Source: Octopus vulgaris
Lineage: Eukaryota
NCBI GenBank assembly: GCA_951406725.2
Contig: OX597817.1
Span: forward strand, 36,394,001-36,458,000
Reading direction: 5' to 3'
DNA: 64,000 nt
Made by a program: the position numbers and the translations under genes
Shown here: one piece after another, positions 14,804-27,686 of the stretch
Numbering within the stretch: the stretch's first letter is position 1
How the letters are laid out: each line of letters opens with the position of its first letter
Notes under the pieces: generated by a model
Seen by the model: only the letters and a program-made list of their open reading frames with translations
Databases searched by the model: none
What the model was told of the DNA's origin: nothing

Positions 14804-15351
14804 TACAAATCTTCAAATCACACACTACCAACTTAATCAATGAAGCACACAATTGACTATACAAAAAACTGATACAGAAAAAGACAATATGGGGGATGGT
14901 GGTTATAGATGGAACATCTATGATATTAGGTATTCTAGATTTAAAGCTGACCTGAGGCTAAATAGAGGAAGAACAACAAAGAATGAAATATTATGTAAAG
15001 TATTTCTAAATGCCACAGCTAAAAAGATAGGAACGTCTCAGTTGGAATGCTTTTGATCATAGATTTCCCCAAATTGGGCTGGCCTGAGGTTAAACAACAA
15101 CAATAATACTTGTTCGTAGCGTTTTGCATCCTCAGAGAAGATGCAATGTTTGAAGTAAGAGACAGAAAGTAAATTAAGCTCCGTCAGTTTCAACGATTAG
15201 CTTTCTATTGTTGCACTAAATGAACTTCTTGTTCGATGAAAGAAAGCGACTGAGTATACCTGAGACGTAATTCTCTGTTGCTACTAACATAACACAATTA
15301 GTGGGAAGGTTAGGATTTGTATTATGGGAGCAATCAATCTAACTCGTTCCA

Positions 15352-15497
15352 AACAGCTTCTCTTTGCCTGATTTTACTCACAAGTGTTGGTTCGACCGAG
15401 GCAATAGTAAAGGATAGGTTGTGAAGATGCCACGCATTGGAATCGAATCTGAAATCTCGTAATTGCGAAGCATGAACTTCTTAACGATACAACCATC
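15352..15497 (-). mobile_element. Old, diverged 5' part of a family A-related SINE
   Basis: Degenerate match to the head of family A (actcacaag...gccacgcattggaatcgaatc). Confidence 0.55.
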
Positions 15498-16437
15498 TTG
15501 CCAGCATATAACGATAAGGAAGAAAAGAAATAAGTAGAGATAATTAGAGAAAGTGAGGGAGAAATAGAAGTGTGAGAGAGGAAAACAGACAGAAAGCAAG
15601 AGAAAAAGAAAGACAAAATGTGGTGGGGAGAAAAAGGGAAAGAAAAAGAGCAAAAGAATCAGAGAACAGAAGAGAGAAAGGGAGGGAGAGAGAGAAAGAG
15701 AGCAACATAGAGAACGAGAGAGTGTTTGTAATTAGTGCACCGCAGGATTCTAATCAACTTTCAAAATGGGTGAATGCAACTCACTCTATTAATTCTCTGT
15801 TTAATTCTATCTTGTATTCATTTCCTCTCTTGCAGAACATGAAATCCCTAAGAACACACAACAATTTTGAACGAGTTATCTATTCGTAAAAAGGATCTTT
15901 TCGCCTGAAAAACTAGATAAAGTAATACACAGAAGAGAATTCCAAATCATATTAAATATATTACGACAAACAGACAAAAACAAAAAAATAATAAAATAAA
16001 ATAAACATGCTATGAAATAAAACTAATATAAAACAAGCATGTATATAAGCCAGTAAGAAACATAAACACGGTAGGCTTTTATCTTTTATTTTTATTGTTT
16101 TTATTTCCCGTTTCCATTTATTCCCTTACATAAGTGATATATCTGTGCAAGAAGAGCTATTCAAAATGAGAACCGAACCGACGTTATAGACCCAACAACG
16201 GTGAGATGAGGAAACATCGGTAAAATTACATTTCCTAACGTTTAAAATATGTAGAATGTTCATAGAAATTTCATCCAAAGAAGTATGACGCAATGAAATG
16301 ATATGAGGTGAAGTTAAGTATAGCTAACACCTCCTCTAAAAGATTACGAATGGATTGAATAAGTATTTATATTAATGACAACAGCTAGTGAATATTATAA
16401 AATATATAGATGGGCTTCTGTATGTGTATATGGGTAT

Positions 16438-16616
16438 ACGAGTCATTCGGAGTTTTCTATCCTCAGTCGAGTTCCCGAAATTGCAAAGGTAGAGGATAGA
16501 AAACTCCGAAAGACTCGTCCTTGTTTTCTGGGTATCGTCTGCCTGGATGTTTTGTAGTCCCTTTTTTGTATCATTTAACTGTCTGGATGTTTTGCGTTCT
16601 TGTCCCATTTTTGTAT
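16438..16616. repeat. 27-bp hairpin followed by a T-rich tail, probable Penelope-type terminal relic
   Basis: acgagtcattcggagttttctatcctc / gaggatagaaaactccgaaagactcgt with one mismatch and a 27-nt loop; tail ends in (TA)n. Confidence 0.55.
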
Positions 16617-16737
16617 ATATATATACATATATATGTATGTATGTACACATACCTGCCTCCGTGTGTGTATGTGTGTATGCGTTGTGCGTATGTGTATGTA
16701 TACACGCAAACACATTTTTTTATCTCATTCTGTTAAT

Positions 16738-16825
<88 letters not shown>

Positions 16826-16898
16826 CCAGATAGGTAGATAGATAGATAGATAGATAGATAGACAGACAGATAGATAGATACATACATACATACATACA

Positions 16899-16930
<32 letters not shown>

Positions 16931-17276
16931 GTATACTCTTTAAAAGGTTTTCGATACAATGAGAGATAAATATCATTTAAAGAATACATGAATTATACGC
17001 ATGCTACTTCAGTTTTGATGCTCGTGCATTATACGGATGGGATTTATCGCGTACCATGCTTGATCCGGTCAACGTTCCGGCTGGAGTGATTCAACGATTG
17101 CCCAATTGTGCACAATACGCTATACAAGCCCACACGATCACTGCTATTCACGTAAGAAACGGGATGTAGCCCCGTATAGTTCCTGTCTTCATTGAATCCC
17201 ACACATACGCACAAACACACATACACGTATATACATATGCACAAACACATACACACACCCACACACAGATATTCTT

Positions 17277-17671
17277 TTATTCTTTTATTCTTTTACTTGT
17301 TTCAGTCATTTGACTGCGGCCATGCTGGAGCACCGCCTTTAGTCGAGCAAATCGATCCCGGGACTTATTCTTTGTAAGCCCAGTACTTATTCTATCGGTC
17401 TCTTTTTGCCGAACCGCTAAGTGACGGGGACGTAAACACACCAGCATCGGTTGTCAAGCAATACTAGGGGGACAAACACAGACACACAAACACACACACA
17501 TACATATATATATACATATATACGACAGGCTTCTTTCAGTTTCCGTCTACCAAATCCACTCACAAGGCATTGGTCGGCCCGGGGCTATAGCAGAAGACAC
17601 TTGCCCAAGATACCACGCAGTGGGACTGAACCCGGAACCATGTGGTTGGTTAGCAAGCTACTTACCACACA
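17277..17671 (-). mobile_element. Near full-length SINE family A
   Basis: tRNA-like head, internal (CA)/(TA) tract and conserved tail; colinear with 49471-49883. Confidence 0.93.
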
Positions 17672-17875
17672 ATTATGAATATTATAACATTTACATGTTT
17701 AAAATATATTAATCTAAAATATATATTTCCCCAGGATACATATGTGTGTATGGATGTAGTGTATGTGTGCGTTTTTATATGGATGTGCGCACTCCCTTGT
17801 GCGTGTACGTGCATGGAGGTGCTTGTGTCGTGTGTTGTGTAGGCGAATACGTACATATAAAAAAATATATGTGTA

Positions 17876-17955
<80 letters not shown>

Positions 17956-18806
17956 CGTCTGTCTGTCTATCCGGCTATCCATCCATCTGTCTGTCCATCC
18001 GTCTGTCTGACTGTCTATCACTCACGTATGTATATGTTTACGTACACATGTATATTCCTGAATATACATATGGGGGCAATATTTTATCATGTTATGAGTT
18101 ATACAGCTTTACAGCTCATGAGTTAATTGTTTAAACATGTTTGTTGACGTTCTATTTGGTCGCTTGCTTCGCTATTTAAGTTTACTTCACGCAATTTAAA
18201 TTTACTATAAAATAGATTGTAAAGTTTTATGAGAAATTTCACGGGTGATACATCCTTGGGTTATATTTTCATTTTACACACAAAACTCCCAAATCTTCAA
18301 CGATCATATGAAGCAAGTGATTTATCAAATGATAAATTTAATATTTCCGCGCTGCTGGGTTTAATTGTCAACGTATAATTCTGTATACATGGCAATGTTA
18401 TAAAAAATAATATCATTTTATCACGAAAGGTGGCTAAATTGATAAACTTAAAATCCAGTATTTCGATATTTCTATGATATTTCTATAATATTTCTCCTTT
18501 CATTTCTGCGCTCTCAATGACATATCGAAATTTTACAGGTGACTTATCATTAATACATACGTATATACATACACACATATGCATAGGTACATAGATAGAT
18601 TAGATAGATAGATACATACGTACATACATTCATACATACAATATATACATAATGTATGTGTATGTATACACACATATATATATATGTGTGTGTGTGTGTA
18701 TGTATGTATACGTGTATACATATCTATATGTACATAGATACAAACTTATTCACAAACTGATTCGCACACACGCACACACACATATTTATGCATATGGAGA
18801 GAGAGT

Positions 18807-18887
<81 letters not shown>

Positions 18888-19030
18888 ATGTATACATACA
18901 TAAAATGTACCGGATAGTAAAAGATAACAGGCTTTGAAGTTTCTCTTGGTCAGCTTATCAAATTGTGTGAGGGAAAGTTAAGTACTTTCCTCCACATTCA
19001 CACACAGACACACACACACACACATACACA

Positions 19031-19069
<39 letters not shown>

Positions 19070-19379
19070 GTATACACACACTCGCATACACGCACACACA
19101 CTCACACGCACATACCACACACATGCACACACATATAATCTATATATTTGGGTTTTGTAAAATGGATGCATACATTAATGGAGCATAAAATTCGCTTCGA
19201 ACTTATTCAAGCTGGAGTATTTATAGTTCGAGAACTTTTATGTTTCAAACTCAATCTATAAAATCTAAAGGCATTATATGCCTTTGGTTGAATTTCGTAA
19301 AGGTCTTAGCTATACGAATTAAAATTATTGAACTGTAATGTATTCTTTGGCCTTATAACAGTATAAGTAAGTACAGTCT

Positions 19380-19560
19380 CGAGTCATAGAACTCATAGAC
19401 TCGGTTACCTGGCTTCCGGAGTGTATAAGTGATCAAGCTCAAAATATCCTCTTTACACGTGACGTCAGTCGGCCACAGGGGTACTCGTAACTAAATTAAT
19501 TGGCGCAATTTGGAATGAAGTGTTTTACTGAAGTGCGCAACACACTACCCTGTCCGAGGA
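19380..19560 (-). mobile_element. Highly diverged SINE relic related to families C/D
   Basis: Degenerate core (ggcgcaatttggaatgaagtgttttactgaag). Confidence 0.35.
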
Positions 19561-19621
19561 AAGGAGCTTTAACCTCGTAGCAACGTGTCTTCGCTTTTAA
19601 AACCTTTGGAGATGAAATAAT

Positions 19622-19866
19622 ATTTTTCTCTCTAGTTTCAGCTCAGAGCTGCGGCCATACTGATGCACCACCGTTTTGCTACACTGTTATTACTAAGATC
19701 CTCCTCTAATATGTGGCATTTGGTGAAGAATGGAGTTTGATACAGCTACCCTCATTTGCACCTCTTGCCATGAGGTAGGTTCATCTGGGACTCTCAACAG
19801 GAAGAGGTTCTAGCTTTGATTTCAAAAACCCTACATCTACTTTGTGCAAGTTCCTCAGACTCTTAT
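19622..19866 (-). mobile_element. 5'-truncated CR1-type LINE, 3' end
   Basis: Minus-strand peptide LRNLHKVDVGFLKSKL / LFLLRVPDEP and tail ggtggtgcatcagtatggccgcagctctgagctgaaactaga. Confidence 0.75.
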
Positions 19867-19996
19867 TTCTCTCTATTATAATAATGTATTAATTTTTTTA
19901 TAGTTATTTAAGGCGGCTTGCTGATACTCCTTTCAAAAGAAGAGAAATAAAATTCTCAAACTCGAGAAACAATGACAACTAGAATGACGCGCGCGT

Positions 19997-20044
<48 letters not shown>

Positions 20045-20601
20045 AGTGTGTACGTATGTGTCTACATGTCTTTGTTTCTCTGTGTGTGTGTTTCTGTAAG
20101 AGTATGTGTTTAAAATAACAGTGTAAGTACAATTTTTTGTATAGTATTGAGGTGCAGCTAAGGGACAGATATACGATAGATTGTTTCATAGTGTGTTGAG
20201 TGTTTCTCAGAGAAGACACAATCAGTACTACCGATCAGCCATTATATGAAGCGGTCATAACATACGTCAGGCTTCTGCTGGATTGCCACATTTTCATATT
20301 TGAGCATTTGGCGGCTCGTTAAACACTATAACATATTAGTCACGCACATCGCAGTATAAATCAGAAGAACTGAAATAGAATTAAAAAATGCAGTGTCTCA
20401 CTGTTATTGCATCTGCTCTCTCAAGGATGTAAAGCATGATGATTGTACAATAAGTGTTTCCTCATACAAATACTATTGTACCGCGACACTTTTAACAATT
20501 GTCATTTTTGTAAATATATTGGAAACTTACGAAATGGTGATCTCTGAATACACAACGTGCAAACAGTTCTTTGTAAAGAAAATGAAATGAAGCTTGCAAT
20601 A

Positions 20602-20666
<65 letters not shown>

Positions 20667-20669
20667 AAG

Positions 20670-20700
<31 letters not shown>

Positions 20701-20853
20701 CAGATACACACACACACACATATATATATATATACATATATTATATATTATATATATCGATAGATAAATAGATATAGATATAGATACATATACATATCTA
20801 TATCTATATCTATATCTATCTATCTATTTATCTATCTATCTATCCATCTATCC

Positions 20854-20915
<62 letters not shown>

Positions 20916-21292
20916 ATATATATATATATATATAAAACATGCATATGCATTTGTATATGTATACGTAAACTGGCATGTGTGTATGGGGAAGTCTATGATT
21001 ACATATGGCGGAAATATTCAAATATAGTTTAGATATCAAGGACGAAATTTAAGTAACAGATGGAAATAGCAAAAGGCAATAAAGCTTCAAAATGAAACTT
21101 TAAATAGTGTCACAGGGGGAAATGACATAAAATTGAAATCTGTTAGTGTTTAGAATTACAATATATAGAATAGAAAACCGAAAGTTAATCATCGCAAAGT
21201 GAACACTGTGTTATTGAAAACTGTAGAAAATTTTAGTGGGTTTCTATGTATGTATGTATGTATGTATGTATGTATGTATGTATGTATGTATG

Positions 21293-21326
<34 letters not shown>

Positions 21327-21640
21327 TGTATGTATGTATGTATGTATGTATGTATGTATGTATGTATGTATGCATGTATGTTTGTATGCATGTCCTCCTC
21401 TGTATGAGTGGCAATGTCGCAATAAGTATGTATGTACGTACGTACGTATAGATGTAAGCATGCATGTATATATGTATGTATGTTTCTATTTATCTACCTG
21501 CACGCGTACAAAAATACACACACATTTGTGAGCGCGTATGTGTGTACATGTTCATACATACATACATACATACATACACACGTACACACAAATATATATG
21601 TAAATATGAACTATCTATATACATGCATATATTTACATGC

Positions 21641-21807
<167 letters not shown>

Positions 21808-21814
21808 AATTAAC

Positions 21815-22218
21815 TAATATCAACGGCAGGTTACAATGTTTCGCCAAGACGGAGAATTATAATTGCCACTAAATGTGACTATGGTTAACTAGGGTGTTTA
21901 CAAACACCTACATTGCTAGAAATAAGTGCTAAAATGCACATCTGCTGTAGCTAACGCAGATGAACGAAAAACATATACACTAACAGAGAGCTCAAAAGTC
22001 TGAAAAATGCCGATCGAGAATTCTTAATATTGACTTCAGTTAAGCTCGCTCGATTCTTCGGCATTTTCTGGACTTGCTTTTCTATTAGATTATATGATTT
22101 CGTGATGCACATTAATGGATGACTTAGCGATTCGCTAATGTGTATGAATAATATAAACAACAGGTTGCAATGTTTCACCCAAAAGGAGAATTATAATTCT
22201 TACTAAATAATGTGACTA
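21815..22218. repeat. About 334-bp structured unit with terminal direct repeats, embedded in microsatellite
   Basis: Imperfect direct repeats at 21815-21881 and 22149-22218; several internal hairpins. Confidence 0.65.
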
Positions 22219-22260
22219 GGATACAAACATTCATGCATACATACATACATGCATGCATGC

Positions 22261-22349
<89 letters not shown>

Positions 22350-22410
22350 TATATGCATAAACACTTATTTGCTTCTACAGCTATATCTATTTAACTCTCT
22401 ATATTTATAT

Positions 22411-22443
<33 letters not shown>

Positions 22444-22471
22444 CATGTATATATATACATATACATATATA

Positions 22472-22558
<87 letters not shown>

Positions 22559-22581
22559 TCATGTATATATATATGTATTCG

Positions 22582-22628
<47 letters not shown>

Positions 22629-24348
22629 TATATACATATATATGTATACATACTCACACAGAAACACACATACACACACACATATATACATACGGAACGA
22701 GCACATTTATTTTTTGTGCGTATATATCATTGAATAGCTTCGTAATGACCGCTGCTTCGGAGCGAAGGGGATCGATACATATAACCGGAATTTTAAATAC
22801 GATATACACGAAAGAGGGAAACTTTTATGTTCAACCACTTTCATACACCTCCTGAATCTGTATTTTATATATGTAGAAAATACTGCAGGTAAATATTGAC
22901 AACGATTCGTCTGCAGTATATTAAACTGAAACTCTTGTTTGTGCAGACACTGTTGAAGAACTTCAAAGAGTGAATTTTATTTGTACCAATAAAAACGTTA
23001 CAGGAGCTTGTCTGAAAAACGAATGTAAATGATATTTCTTGACACCTAGAAGTAAGATTTATAAACTCTTAACTGTTAATCCGAATGACTGTGAAACTGG
23101 ACGTATTCTGTGTTTTGACACTACCTGTTAGTGTTGACGTCCGCATCCATCTTTGTGTATCGGAGGCGCATATTTTAGTTCTGCCAGATGAATGCTACAC
23201 AGCCAACAAAAGATGCTATATTTATGATAAATATTATGCTAACTTTGTCATATGTCCATTGCTCATAACGAGAAACTGGTTTTCCTTACTCTCAGTCTGA
23301 GAGAGTTACTAGTGACATTATAAGTACTTGGATGTTGGCGATGTAATTGGAGAGTGGCAACAATGTGGAAGGAAGGCGAGTGCATTTCACAACTACATAT
23401 ACTGATTTTACACTACTCGCATTTATACAACTCTTTCGAAAAGGTTCTAGGGTTCTGTATTAATAATTAGTCTTAATTCGTCTACTTTTCGAGCTAATTC
23501 ATTCCCCCTTTATCTTCTATATATCCATGTTCAGAATGTTCCTCATTAACGTTTTCTTTTCTTTTTCTATACTAAGTATTTTTTTTATAAATCCAGTTTT
23601 CATGTTGTAATTATAAATGCTTTGAAAGTGTATTAACTAAAACTGACTTTATCATACATTCCATTTTCTATAACGACATGGCATAGTCTGATTTTCTTCC
23701 TCTGATAATACTCATATATGCAAATATAAAGTATCAGGTTGAAAAATCCCAAAGTCAGCATATTTATATTTGATTGAAACTTATTCTGAACTTGTAGCTC
23801 CAATACCATAACATAGCGCATGCTGTGTCAACAAGAACAATACGCAACACAATATAACTTACATAAACAACCATTTCCTTTGATATTCAAGGGATAATAT
23901 CTTTTAGTTCTGAATTTTCTAATATAGTTTCAAGGGAAAGTAATTACCTTAGAAGAAAACCATTTGACTTAATCTGTGAACCAGACTGGAAGTTATAAAG
24001 AAATTTGAGGTCCTTGCTATGGGAAGCGAATATTTGCAGAGAGTATGACTTTATAAAGCAAAAAAATTATTGACTGAGGATAAGGGCAAACGGCCATTGA
24101 AATATAATTCTGGTGCAATCTCTAAACCAGCTTCTATTCGTGTGAGAGCTGCGAAATATAGAAATATTGAGGACGGCAATGCGAAATTTTTATCCACTAA
24201 CGATCGGGTGGTAGTTAAGCTTTGATGTTGAAACTCAGCTTTTGTTGCCTATGTAGTTAGGTCCTACAAATTTGAGTAGAGGCAAATGGCGCATGTGTCA
24301 CTTCATAATAACAATTATCATTGGCTGTGTGGTAAGTAGCTTGCTTAC

Positions 24349-26200
24349 TTCCGGTTAACCAGAATGCAACACTAGTTGGTCTGGACTGTTACAGTGAGAA
24401 AATGTGAGTTTCGGGTCCGTGAATAGAAAAAAAGAACAAAAAGAAAAATTGTCAAGTATGGAACGCTATAGTGAGCAAAATACTGGGTTCTCATCACCGT
24501 AACGGTGATTTGAGAATTTTTGCTTGAAAATTCTTTTTGTAAATTCTGGTGGGCGTATCTCGCCAGAAAAATAAGAATAAGCCCATTTGGATTACCTTTT
24601 TGGAGTATTATACAAAGGATTCCCTGTCTATGCTATTTGTGAGGTTTTTCTTTTACTTTTCCCTTCTATTTTTTCTTTCTTTCTAAATTTTGGTTCCTTC
24701 TTTTCATTACTTTAATTTCAGTTTCCTCCCCTCCTCTTTTATTTTGTTTTATTTTTATTCGGTTTAATTTTTTGGCAGACTGTCTTTTGAACTACTTTTG
24801 GACTGTTTTTTGACATGGCAGAGAAGGAACTTAAAAAGAAAAACACTGTCTTAGAGTGGGAAATTAACCCGCCTAAGCAGAGGTTAAAAGATATGGAGGA
24901 GAAGACGATGGTACTTAGAACTTATTCTAAAGTTCTTAATTCCATCACCGTCTTCCCAAAACAAGTCATAAAAAATGAACTTAAAGAATATTTGTCCTCT
25001 TTAAAATATATATCCCGTGGTGTCAAACATGCAACCGTATGGTTGCTGTTTGACAACGGGGAAAAGGCTCGCCAGTTTGCGAGTCAGCCTTTGGAAGGCA
25101 AGGAAATTCTGTTCCTTCCGTCATATTGTGGAAGAAAAGTACCCCCAGGCACCGAAGCAGATTGGATTCAAGATACCATCCGACAGGGACTGGGGGATGG
25201 CGGGCCCAGGCTCTTAAACGTAAGGGTATTGCCGGCGGTCGATTGGGAAGGGTCAAAAGCGATTTTGACCCTGTGGACCCCATCGGCCGCAACAGATCTG
25301 GTTTTTCCAGATTTCTTGAAAATGGCTGGCTGCAGGTATCCGGTGATACTTGAGGAACGTCTCTCCAAGTGTCACTTGTGCCTGCAGCCAGGCCACATTA
25401 AAAGGGACTGCCCCCAGGACCATGGTAAGATCCTGGAACAGTCACTAGATGCCACCTCCCCTACCCGGTCAAAGGGAGAGGTGGATGTGGTCGAGGAGGC
25501 TTCAGCCTCCTCAACTCAAAAGGATTAAAAAGGAAGAAGGCGGGCGACAATAGTTGCCCGCCGAAGGAACCTAAGGTTTCGGGGGCGGGGGAGGGTCTCC
25601 GGACAAAGCGGAAGATCTCCCTCCCGAAGCCAGAAAGAAAAGAAAAAAAAGAAGGAAGAAAGACGGGTCATCTCAGCGGGAAGATGATGTGCCGTCTGCA
25701 TGTCCCGAAGTTGTGCCACCCACGGTGGAAGAAACCACCCCACTCTTAAAGATGATCAATTATCTTTTTCTATAAGGGCGGGGAGGTGGAAAAATAGTAG
25801 AAGAACATAAAGAGACAGTAGATATGCCCTTCACACGGGATCCCGAATGGCCTCCGCAGATAGCGATGGATATATCGAAGAGTAGGAGGTGAAAGACCCT
25901 CGTTATAGGGTTTGAAACCTCATCTTATTGTATTATTTGTAGTGGTCTATAACCTCAATTGTGTGTTTAAAAAAAACATGTTAAGTAAGAGGTTTTAGTG
26001 CCTCCTTCTTGTAAGAGGTTTGAAACCTCATGTGGATTTTTAAAAACGAAAATATGTTTTCGAGAAAAATCCAATCGGTGGGTGTTGGGTTTCGTCTCTC
26101 ATCTATTCATTCTATTTCATTTTCATTCATTAATATATTTGTCCAGCCCGCAAAGCTACACACTCTTTGTACTGTCTATGATGACAAATTTTATGAAATA
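24349..26200 (+). mobile_element. ORF1-only non-LTR retroelement of L1/Tx1 type (HAL1-like)
   Basis: 15-bp TSD aagtagcttgcttac (24334-24348) / aagtagtttgcttac (26201-26215); AATAAA at the 3' junction; a single gag-like ORF; no endonuclease or RT remnant seen. Confidence 0.8.
24815..25528 (+). CDS. L1/Tx1-type ORF1 protein with CCHC zinc knuckle (C-terminus probably frameshifted)
   Basis: 237-aa non-repetitive ORF containing CHLCLQPGHIKRDC (CX2CX4HX4C); a basic low-complexity tail continues in another frame to about 25749. Confidence 0.8.
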   Translation: MAEKELKKKNTVLEWEINPPKQRLKDMEEKTMVLRTYSKVLNSITVFPKQVIKNELKEYLSSLKYISRGVKHATVWLLFDNGEKARQFASQPLEGKEILFLPSYCGRKVPPGTEADWIQDTIRQGLGDGGPRLLNVRVLPAVDWEGSKAILTLWTPSAATDLVFPDFLKMAGCRYPVILEERLSKCHLCLQPGHIKRDCPQDHGKILEQSLDATSPTRSKGEVDVVEEASASSTQKD

Positions 26201-26801
26201 AAGTAGTTTGCTTACCAACCACATGGTTCTGGGTTCATTCCCACTGCGTGGCACCTTGGGCAAGTGTCTTCTACTATAGCTCCGGGTCGAGCAAAGCTCT
26301 GTGAATTGATTTGGTAGACAGAAACTGAAAGAATCCCATCGTATATATATATATGTATTATATGTATATGTGTATGTGTGTGTGTGTGTTTATGTGTTTG
26401 TGTTTGCCCCCCAAACATCGCTTGACAACCGATGTTGGTATGTTTACGTCTCTGTAACTTAGCGGTTCGTTAAAAAGAGAACGATTGAATAAGTACTAAG
26501 CTTACAAATAATAAGTTTGGGGTCTCGACTAAAGGCGATGTTCCAGCATGGTCACAGTCAAATGAATGAAACAAGTAAAAGAGTAGCACTGGTAAAAAAT
26601 AGCTACCTGGTTTTTTTTATAGTTTTGTTATTCTTAATTATGATTAGGTACATTGTACATTTTTGTAATATTGTGTACGTTTACAATAATTACTCATGCA
26701 CATGTTTGATAATCGGCTGAAACTGCCCGTAGGTTTGACAAGGTTTCTCTAAATTATATTTCTCTGGCAGAGCTATATATATTTCTCTGGCAGAGCTATA
26801 T

Positions 26802-27033
26802 AAGGCGGCGAGCTGGCAGAAACGTTAGCACGCCGGGCGAAATGCGTAGCCGTATTTCGTCTGCCGTTACGTTCTGAGTTCAAATTCCGCCGAATTCGAC
26901 TTTGCCTTTCATCCTTTCGGGGTCGATAAATTAAGTACCAGTTACGCACTGGGGTTGATGTAATCGACTTAATCCGTTTGTCTGTCCTTGTTTGTCCCCT
27001 CTGTGTTTAGCCCCTTGTGGGTAGTAAAGAAAT
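26802..27033 (+). mobile_element. SINE family B
   Basis: aaggcggcgagctggcagaaacgttagc head, B-box gttcaaattcc; flanked by repeats of tatatttctctggcag. Confidence 0.92.
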
Positions 27034-27686
27034 ATATATTTCTCTGGCAGGAATAATTTGTGCTAAAAAAAACACATGTAATTCGTTGTTTGTCTTAAAC
27101 CACTGCAGTACGATATTGAAGTACAACTCATGGTTCAGGTTCTAGACATGTTGTCAACTGAATACTACCATTGGATCAGAAGTGTAGACAAAATGGAAGC
27201 AAATAATCTGCCATGACACTCTTCAGAATATTAAATAAGAAAGTGAAAGTATCAAATATATCAATAAATACTTACTGAAACGCCCCTTACATTCACAGGG
27301 TAAACATGCAACCTCCCAACCAAGATATTGATACTAGATAATCTGCATCGTACATGTCGAAGTAGTTTTCCTTGCACACACACTCACACACACGCCCGCA
27401 CGCACGCACACACTCACACACACACACACACACACGCACAGACACACACCCCCACACACACGCACACGCACAGAGAAAGGTATGCAAGTTACTTCAGAAG
27501 ATCAAAGTTATGTAATGGGAGATATTGTGGATACTCACACAACTTGATATGAACCTTCGAAAGTAATTTGACATGGAATCCACAATATGGATTAAAGAAT
27601 TTAATATTACAGAATACTCTTGTTAAAAATATTGGGCTAGAAATATGTTAGCTTTTATCATCAGTTTATTTATTTATCTTGGTTTT

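Larger units (their letters stand above)
24322..26583 (+). mobile_element. SINE family A copy interrupted by a 1.85-kb retroelement
   Basis: Head tggctgtgtggtaagtagcttgcttac at 24322-24348; body resumes at 26201 and runs to the tail at about 26583. Confidence 0.9.

Noticed and set aside
17014-17045. FDARALYGW resembling the Polinton pPolB motif DxNxLYGW
   Set aside because: Similarity is limited to a few residues and no other polymerase motifs lie nearby
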